Shown: piece by piece, positions 54,970-64,000 of the stretch
How positions within the stretch are numbered: the first letter of the stretch is position 1
Layout: each line of letters opens with the position of its first letter
Source: Amoebidium appalachense
Taxonomy: Eukaryota; Protista; Ichthyosporea
DNA: 64,000 nt
Assembly (NCBI GenBank): GCA_963693365.1
Contig: CAVNZM010000015.1
Coordinates: 5,091,502 to 5,155,501, forward strand
Direction of reading: 5' to 3'
Translations under genes and position numbers: made by a program
The notes under the pieces: model-generated
Database searches by the model: none
The model's input: only the letters and a program-made list of their open reading frames with translations
What the model was told of the DNA's origin: nothing

Positions 54970-55310
54970 TCCGGTATTATTACCGCGCAATCGATAGAGA
55001 AAATCGAGTGACCTCACGGTAATAACACAAATATCACGGGAATATCACGATATCGGGACCGTCATATTCCTGTGATAATACAGAATTCTTCATGGTATTA
55101 TCACAGGAATATCACAAATTATTACTGTATTAAAGACGTTTTACTACCGTATTATTACGGCTATTACAACGACGCCACCATGCATCGTTTCAGAAATACC
55201 ATCGTATACGTAATATTACGTATTATCACCGCAACTACGGGCCCATCTGGCTGTATAATAATAATTTTGGCCATGATGTTATGTAATATTACATTACGGC
55301 AATATTCCAT
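54970..55310. mobile_element. AT-rich element with internal 18-bp perfect hairpin and tatta(c)/tatcac subrepeats (probable decayed MITE)
   Basis: atattcctgtgataatac (55064-55081) pairs with gtattatcacaggaatat (55095-55112). The termini are not resolved. Confidence 0.4.
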
Positions 55311-55453
55311 GGCATATTGGGCTATATAGGGTATTTCTCGGTTTTGGGGGTGTGTGGACAGAATTTTAGGGCAATTAGAGCCCGGAGACAATGGTCGTCC
55401 CCATAATCTTGCAAATGTTGGTGGGTGGGTCACGTGGCTATAGGTAGGAAGGT

Positions 55454-55485
<32 letters not shown>

Positions 55486-56427
55486 TACGCACACACCGGT
55501 CTGTGCTTTGGGTGGGTGCGTGGGCCCATGAGGGGGGCGGGTGGGGCTCGGATATCAATATTCGTGAAATTGTCTTTTAAATTGCTTTTTTTTCTTGTGG
55601 CCATGGTAACCATTAACTCGTCTAACCGTTTAAGTTCTTGGAGATGGACTCAGTCTAGAGGTACAACAGTGTATTGATGAAACCATAATTGAGGGAAAAC
55701 GCAAGCAGACTAACCTGAAGTGAAGGGGAGCCTCAGGGAGGTTGGAGGGGAGGATCCTCGAGGGGGTCGGAGTTGGGGTTGGGGGGGAGCGGGAGGGGGG
55801 GGGGGGGGGGGGTTTGTTGTTGCCGTAAGATTATCTCGGGATTAGGGCCGTATACGGTAACTTAGAGTTCTGGCAATAAATTCGTATACAGAATCTTATG
55901 CGCGGACGGAAGTGTAGCTCGAGGGTGGTGTGACCAGCACAACCAACCCCATTCATACATTCGGAAGCGTACAAACTAACGAAAGAAATTGATGGTTCAT
56001 CGTGAGATTAATCACAATATCAAATTAGACCAGTGGAGAAGCAAAATTATTTTCGTGCATAACGAAAGTTTCTTAAAAGGGTAGCATAAAAAAAAAGGAA
56101 AAAGGAAAAAAGGGAGGAAACAAAAAACAAAACAGGCATTAACTTAAGTTGGGTTACTAAAAAAATACTATATCATTTGATTAAGTTCAGTCAAAAAAAG
56201 AGGAAACAAAATAAAACAAAAAAAAGTTGTACAATGACCCGGCATATCCAGCCCCGCTCGCTCCGTTGCTCTCACACGTGTGAAACACGCACACACCTGC
56301 GACCACCTGTTTCCTCGCTTTTGGGCAGGGGACATCAAACCGACACCAGCAAGCCAAGCTTACGTAGGAGCATGCATATCTACATCCATCTACACACACC
56401 GAACTAAAAGGGACCGCATTACTTCTT

Positions 56428-57532
56428 TTAAAGCGATTTTTCGGGTGTCGGGGATGCCAAAGCAATCATCTTAAGCACGGAACCAACAGTACATACAAGC
56501 GCCCGGCCGTCAAAACTCACATAGCGATACGCGCTAGGGAGCAACGCACCCCCACCATCCACCCCTACACTCACTCTACGCACACATTCGCCAGAGTCCA
56601 CATCATACATGCACACCCAATCCCCATCCGGAATCACTAAAAGCCCCCCGTAAATGTCTACGGTAGTGGGGGGTCCATTAATGTCTAGGGGGAACACCAT
56701 TAGGCAACACTGCAGTTCGCTGTCCCACAAACGGCATTCGTCGAGAGATGTGCTAGCGATTAGACGTGGGGTGGTGGGGAAATGTGATTGGATACAAACC
56801 ACACTATCGGAATGCCCCTCCAGGGCACCCAATAGGCTTCCAGACGCCATCTCCCACAACCTCAAAGTCGTATCGCTCGACCCACTCACTAATAGAGGGG
56901 GGTCCATATGCACCGCCGTAATGTCGCCTTCATGCCCATATAAGGTATAAAGGCACACACCAGTAGCCAATGAAATAATCCGCAGGGTGCGATCATGCGA
57001 CCCGCTCACCACCGTATGCCCGCACAATGCCAACACACTGACCCCCCTCGTGTGGCCCCTTACCGTGTGCTTAGACCCCCACTTCAAAATTCCCGGCCTT
57101 TGTCTCCCCCCAGAAGTTGCCGCCACCGACAAAGGTAATTTCGTTTTTGCAACATTTCCAGCCGCCGTAACCCCCTGTCTCGCCCAAATTCTCACGGTTC
57201 CATCAAGGGAACCACTCACAATCGTCCCGTCGGAGCAAGCCAAACACGTAACTGCATCGGAGTGACCGGTCAAAACATTCACCGATTCCTGAAACTCTCC
57301 GTCTTTGCTCCATACAACCACCCACCCGTTGCTACACCCCGCCACCACCGTTCCGGCGTGATAAGTAACACACCACACCCCCACTTGGCCTGTGCGTGGG
57401 GTGGGTCCCTCAGAGGAGGAAGATGTGGATGTGTGTGGGTCGGGGGAGGTCTGTGTTGAGGTTGACTGTTTGGATGCACTCCGCTGTGTCTCCGTCCCAT
57501 ACCTAAAAGGGTGCGTGGTTGTGTTAGTGAGA

Positions 57533-57581
<49 letters not shown>

Positions 57582-58354
57582 CGCGCGCGTGTGTGCACTT
57601 GTGCACACGTACCGGCGCACATGGTGACCATCAATACAAAGGCAGACTGTGCAAGCAGCCCAGCATCAAAAGCACAAAATCGGCCCTGTGAAACATCTGC
57701 ATATCCCACATCCCAAGGCTTCTGGGCGCATGCATGCTCATCCCCCCCTCCCCCTCTCCTAAAGTTTTTCTTTCCTTTTTTTTTTTTGTGTCTGACGCAG
57801 GAGGAGGGGGGGAGGGGAGTGGAATGGACGAAAATATGCATGTTCCAAGCACCCCACCTTGAGAACGGAATCTGTGGCACAGCTGACCAGCACAGGCCCG
57901 TCTCTGCACACACACTCGATGCCCGTCTCCCCGCCCACCATCCCCGTGCACACCACAGCCGTCGCACTATTTGCCCACCTGTCGGCCGTAGGTGTGGGGG
58001 TTGCTCGTTTGCGTCGTTGTGGCAGTGCACCTAACATTCCATAGACCATACCCATGGCACCGCAAAAAAGAAGAACACACACACCAACGACTTTGAGGTC
58101 GGCTTGGGAGAGACGGGTGGAAACACGACGAAAGGTGGTTGCTAGGCTGCGGGGAGGGAAAAGCGTTGCTGATTGGATGGCTGTGTTGCTGGTTTGATGC
58201 ACCAAGGAGTCGATGTCGACCTGTGTGTGTGTGTGTGGTGGTGGTGGGGGGGGGGGGGGGGGGGAGCGAAGGGAGAGGGGAGGGGGGGGGGGGGGGGAGG
58301 TTTTTTTGTGTGAACGGATGGAATTGTGTGTGGAATTGTGTGTGGAATTGTGTG

Positions 58355-58417
<63 letters not shown>

Positions 58418-60455
58418 TGTGTGTGTGTGTGTGTGCGTGTGTGTGTCGACAGGGCAGGAAGTGTAAGCAAATTAGGAGGTGTGATTCAAACTCGAGTTTC
58501 AGGCCTCAGGTTAAAAACGTTAGAACTACTGTGTAGGTACAGGTTGGCACGGTGTTCAAAAACGAAAATGGCTGGTGTGAGTGGGGTTCACATTTCTGCC
58601 ATTTACCTACATGGTTATGTCACCCATTTCACGAGGCACTCTTGTCTGGCAACATGAACACATAAAAGGACACATGTTCAAGTGTCCGCTCAGCTTGCAC
58701 ATGTACACACACAAAACACACCAAACGCATGCTAGGTCCAACTGCATGCGTAAGAAAACATGCATGCACGGGACACATAAGTTGTGTATCACGGTTCAGG
58801 GGCAGGGCACAAGATTTTTTACATCAGTCAAAGAAGGTGATGTGAGGCGGACCCCGCGCAGGGGGGGGGGGGGGGGGGGGGGGGGGGGGGCTAGCAAACA
58901 TATATCATACCAGCGAGCCGTTGATAGGTAGGGAGTGCAGCATGAGACGTGCAGGGGGTAGTGTGTCGATGTATCTGCCATCCAGCTCCAGGCCATGGGT
59001 CTCATGCAGCAGCCGGTACAAACTGAAGCCTGGCTGGTGCACACTAGGCACTGGTCCACGTAGAAGCTCTAATGGGCCCGTGCCTCGGAGGAGGAGGCCT
59101 ACGGTCACGGCTACTACAAAGAGTACAGCCTGGAGAGAGGGGGGAAAGGGGGAGAGGAGGGGAAGGGGTGCGGGGAACGAGAGGAAGGGCGGAGGGGGGG
59201 GGGGGGGGAATGGGTGGGGTGGGTGGGGGAGGGGGAAGATTAGTATGGCAAGTGAGACAGAGAGAGAGTGTGTGTGAGTGTGTGTGCGGGTGTGAGTGCT
59301 TGTGTGGGTGGTTGTGTGAGTATGAGCGTGCAATGCTTGTGTGGCTGTGTGTGTGTACGTGTACCAGGTGTGTGTTTGTGTATACGTGTACAAGTGTGTG
59401 TGTGTGTGTGTGTGCGCGCGCACATGTGTGTACCCGCACACGCCCGTGTGTGTGTGCGTCTGTGTATGCAAGCTGCCATTTTAAAGCCCTTTGGTTCTAC
59501 AAGAGGGGGAGAAGGGGGGGGGGGGGGGGGGGCACATATAAGACCACATAGGGGATGCAAGATATGAGGGGTACGTTGAATCAAGGTGGGAGTGCAGCAA
59601 AGAAAGGAAAAGAAGTAAACCTCGAAAACACTAACACCATGCAAGGGGAGAGGCAGGCGAAGGGTTTATAACGGAGGGATGAAGATGTGGGTTCCCTCTC
59701 CTTTTCTTCCCCCCCCCCCCCCCCCCTTTTTTTTTTTTTTTTTTTTTGGGGGGGGGGGGGAGGGGATCCATACAGTGACAGCCTTGCACAGTCCAGGGCA
59801 GTCCCTAATTCCGGCCGGCCCAGCCTTGAGCCCAGCGGCGTCCAAACTGTGGTAGCTGTAATTTCGCTTGACTGGCCCCCCCACCCCGGTGGACCCCTCA
59901 GCAACAGACCCCCCCGAAGGTGTTCCATTCGGCACCGAGCTGCCCTCGTACTGTTCCACTACTTCTTGGTGGTGCTTTTGGAGATCGGTGAGCTGCCGGG
60001 TGTGTGTTTGGGGGGGTGGGGTGGGTGGGTGGGTGGGGGGGGGGGGGGGGGGAGGGGGAGGGAGGAGGGGGAGGGGGGGAGAGGGGGTTGAGGGGGGGGG
60101 GGATTGGGGGGAGTTGGTTAGGCAGCCGAAGAAGCTCTCTTTGATGTGATGGCTCACAGGTGGACATGACCTGTTGATATCAACAGACAACCAACCCAGT
60201 CCTCCAGGGCTCATACATGCATGCACAATCACCCAGGAGGCATATTGAGAAACATAGGCACATGCGCAGACACACAACACGCACGTGCACACATAAACAC
60301 ACACATATGCACACACACACACACCGGCACACACACTTACACACAAACAGACAACTGCACACACACCGCACAGACATCACACATACCCATGCACATACAC
60401 CCGCACATTCCACAACACACCTACACACAAACACACAAAACACACACGCACAACC

Positions 60456-60486
<31 letters not shown>

Positions 60487-60899
60487 ACGTGCACACACAC
60501 ACACCTCCATACGTCGAATATCGATGGACAGGACGGTGATGAAAAAGGTGACCTGCATGAAGAAGTCCGCCACCACACTGACAAATGCAAAGATGCAGAA
60601 CTCCTGCGTGTGTTTTGAAAAAACCGATTAGGTCGATCATAGCACAGATCACAGATCGTAGATACCGATTAGGCCAAACCCGAGGCAAATAACAAATCGT
60701 GAATACCGGTTGGATTGAACGCAAAGAAAATCAGAAAAGCTTAGGACCAAGTCAATAGAACACATTGTAAATTACAGATCGTGCATGCTCAATAGAGAAT
60801 ACCACGAACTGTGAAGTCTACTTGAATTGAGCCAATCGAACAGCAAAGATCGTCGAAATCGATTAGATATAGCACATTGCATATCAGACGTGAAAAGGG

Positions 60900-60941
<42 letters not shown>

Positions 60942-61150
60942 ATCTTCATTAGTTGTTGGTGCACAACAAAACTCGATGAACCGCCATGCGGCTTCCATCG
61001 CGCACCTATGCCTAGATGCATAGGACCCAGGATGTGTTCATAGCAAAACCCATTTTGGACAAGTTTCATCAGCCCCCACCCCATAACCTCTTACTCACTT
61101 CTTCGACCACACAATTCCACTCCAATCACCACCCAAATAGTTTAACCCCC

Positions 61151-61202
<52 letters not shown>

Positions 61203-61440
61203 GAAAACATACCCTCAGTGCAGGGATAGAAGTCAACACCCCCAACGCAGCCAGCGACAACTCAGCCACCAACGACAACAACACAGGTGCTGCTGTCTGA
61301 GCCATGCCATGAGCTATCCTCTGCCTCACAGGCAGGTCTAGGTTGGTGCTGACCACTGCATGTGTGATGTAGAAGATGTTCTCCACACCAATGGCGATGA
61401 TCAGAAAGGGAATAACCTCACTGTACGTGTGTCCGTGTGT

Positions 61441-61495
<55 letters not shown>

Positions 61496-61847
61496 GGAAG
61501 GGGGGGAGGGGGAGGGGGTGGGGGAGGGTGGATGGGGGGCAGGGGGGGGGGGGGGGGGGAGGTGTGTGTGTGTGTGTGTGTGTGGGGGGGGGGGGGAGGT
61601 GTGTGTGTGTGTGTGTGTGTGTGGGGGGGGGGGGGGGGAGGAGGGGTGGGGGTATGTGTTGTGTGTGTGTGCAGGGGGGAAAGGGGGGGGGGGAGGGGGG
61701 GAGAAGAGGTTGGAATGTGAGGTGGTGTGTGCTATACCCTCATTCTTTGCCTTTCCTAGGCCCATTTGCCCACCCTTTCCTTTCTTTTTTCTTTTTACTT
61801 TTTTTCCTCTCTCTCTTTTCTTCCCTTTTGTGTGTGCGGGTTTGTGT

Positions 61848-61892
<45 letters not shown>

Positions 61893-62015
61893 GTATATTG
61901 GGCACGCAGGCACACCCTCCTTCCTTGCCACCCTGGTTTTCTTCTGTACACCCCTCATCCTCCCCTTCGCTCTCCCTCGTTTTTTCTGCACCATCCTTCA
62001 CCCTTTCAACCCAGA

Positions 62016-62053
<38 letters not shown>

Positions 62054-63364
62054 AAACACACGCATACACCTCCTCTCCATCTCATCCCATCTTTCTCCTC
62101 TGGTCAGAAAACACGTACATGCCCGGGTGTGTGCATGGTTGCCTGTGTCCGTGTGTATGCCTGTGCATGTGTGTGTGTGCATAGCTGCCTGTGCATATGT
62201 GTGGGTGCATAGCTACCTGTGTGTGTGTGTGCATAGCTACCTGTGTGTGTGTGTGCATAGCCACCTGTGTGTGTGCGCATAGCTACCTGTGTGTGTGCAT
62301 AGCTACCTGTGTGTGTGTGTGCATAGCTACCTGTGTGTGTGTGCATAGCTACCTGTGTGTGTGTGCATAGCTACCTGTGTGTGTGTGTGTGCATAGCTAC
62401 CTGTGTGTGTGTGTGTGTGCATCGCTACCTGTGTGCGTGTGCATAGCTACCTGTGTGTGTGTGCATAGCTACCTGTGTGTGTGTGTGTGCATAGCTACCT
62501 GTGTGTGCATAGCTACCTGTGTGTGTGTGTGTGCATAGCTACCTGTGTGTGTGTATGTGCGTGCATGTGTGCTTGTGTCCGTGTGTGTGCTTGGCTGCAT
62601 GTGTCCGTGTATGCTTATGTGCCTGGCTGCATGTGTCCGTGTATGCTTATATGCCTGTGCATGTGCCCATGTGCATGCACATGCACACATGTAACAGTGC
62701 GTTTCCACCTACACGGCCATGAGTGTTGGGGCCATGCCGAATGCCGTACATATGCCGATAGCCATCAGCAGGGAGCACACCACAGTCACCACCGCAGTAA
62801 ACCCCAGCCCGTACTGCCGCAAAACATGGTGAGACCGTGTCAAAGATAGAGATAACTCCACAAACCGGGTAATATTGGAACAATATGCTCACCAAACATG
62901 ACGGGATTACGGACCACACACACAGGCAAGAAAAAGAATCAGAAAAACAAAATAAAAACCAAAAAATTATGTACCTTTCCTCTCTCTTTAACTATCTTCA
63001 CTCACTCTTATGAATAGTCAACTATCTCTATACCACAAAAATGCAACACCTTTCAGCAAGAGTATTGGGTACATATAGCTGCTAGGGTGTATGTATCATA
63101 TACATACATGATCCACAACAACGCTTCATGTCTCTGCTCGTCGCACAACTGTTCGTTCACACGGTTGCAGGCAATGAGCAATAGTGCATGCATGCCCCTG
63201 CAATTCACTGTCTCATGTGTGTGTTGTAATTGCGCTTTCGGATCTGGATTCTTTGTTTAATCATGTCTATGTGCGTGTTCAGGACGCAAGACTTTGTCCC
63301 TCTGTGTGTGCTTGAATCTCGACTTACGTGCGTGTGTGTGTGAGTATGTGCGTATGTGCGTGCC

Positions 63365-63463
<99 letters not shown>

Positions 63464-63793
63464 ATGCATGTGTGTACGTGTCACGAGCAGGCCCGTGTCT
63501 GAGAATGTGTGCGCATCTAAGCATGCACGTGTGCGGATGTACGCGGGAGTGTGACTGTGCGTGTGTGCATGTACATGTGTTGTATGCTTCGTTGTCCAGG
63601 AAGCATGTGATGGGTGTGTGTGCACACATTGTGTGCCTATCTGCGTTTTGTGCCTGTGTGCATGTGACATACTCTCACCCACCTTCGACTTTACCATGTG
63701 GAACTTGCCGATACTGAATGAGATGTAGAGAAACACAATCACATATGTGCACGCAAGAAACCCAAAGTCAGCACTCAGCTCAAGTGTCGGCAC
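56428..63793 (-). CDS. SCAP: SREBP cleavage-activating protein (sterol-sensing domain + WD40), 3' part; one apparent +1 frameshift in the last exon
   Basis: Exons 63793-63683 ([22 protein letters not shown]), 62813-62713 ([22 protein letters not shown]), 61420-61213 ([16 protein letters not shown]...[17 protein letters not shown]), 60603-60505 ([33 protein letters not shown]), 59992-59774 (LTDL, giving MELTDL, compare SCAP MELADL), 59129-58911, 58220-57858 ([14 protein letters not shown]) and 57502-56428 (VWD... followed by WD40 repeats such as GHSDAVTCL...[12 protein letters not shown]). The gene continues beyond the window end. Confidence 0.92.
62179..62550. repeat. Compound minisatellite: ~16 units of GCATAGCTACCT followed by variable (GT)n, inside a SCAP intron
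   Basis: A constant 12-mer separated by (GT)3-8 tracts. On the SCAP sense strand each unit reads (CA)nCAGGTAGCTATG. Confidence 0.95.
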
Positions 63794-63869
63794 CTGCCCG
63801 TTGCATCAAACTGTCAGCCAAAAGCGCCAAGAAAACGACTGTTTTGTCCTGAAAGGATGCATCGTGGAA

Positions 63870-63926
<57 letters not shown>

Positions 63927-64000
63927 AGCCTATACACAGCCCTACCGGAAAGGGAAGATGGGAACAAAGGTAGAGAAAAACAGGCGAGGCTTTGGTGGTG

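Noticed and set aside
57613-57722. Possible extra SCAP exon (PWDVGYAD...)
   Set aside because: It ends in phase 1, which is incompatible with either useful frame of the last exon. The homologous VWD motif lies directly after the acceptor at 57503.
62179-62550. CRISPR-like appearance of a constant 12-mer with variable spacers
   Set aside because: The spacers are only (GT)n of varying length, the repeat is too short, there are no cas genes, and the context is a eukaryotic intron.

Overview
Eukaryotic, intron-rich genomic DNA. The gene content suggests an opisthokont, possibly a unicellular holozoan (inference only). The window is saturated with (CA)n/(GT)n microsatellites and poly-C/poly-G runs, so most ORFs in the supplied track are repeat artefacts. 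Manual splicing recovers five genes. (1) The 3' part of a PSTPIP/Cdc15-like F-BAR-SH3 gene (+, 422-3322). (2) A 14-exon, ~1057-aa secreted mosaic protein with 7 PAN/Apple domains, one cbEGF-like domain and four prealbumin-like/SdrD-B (bacterial adhesin-type) domains; all of its introns are phase 1 (+, 10533-20964). (3) An F-box/LRR gene broken by ~5 single-base frameshifts (-, ~25080-29524). (4) A USP4/11/15-type deubiquitinase without DUSP, whose catalytic-domain insert carries a GW/WG-rich disordered exon and a RING-like finger (+, ~30848-53686). (5) The 3' part of SCAP, with sterol-sensing domain, MELTDL motif and WD40 repeats (-, 56428 to beyond 63793). Non-coding highlights are 3' splice sites where (CA)n replaces a polypyrimidine tract, a minisatellite of (CA)nCAG|GTAGCT units resembling recursive splice sites, and two intact TIR elements with 6-bp target-site duplications. 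All exon models were derived by eye and are unverified by transcript data.
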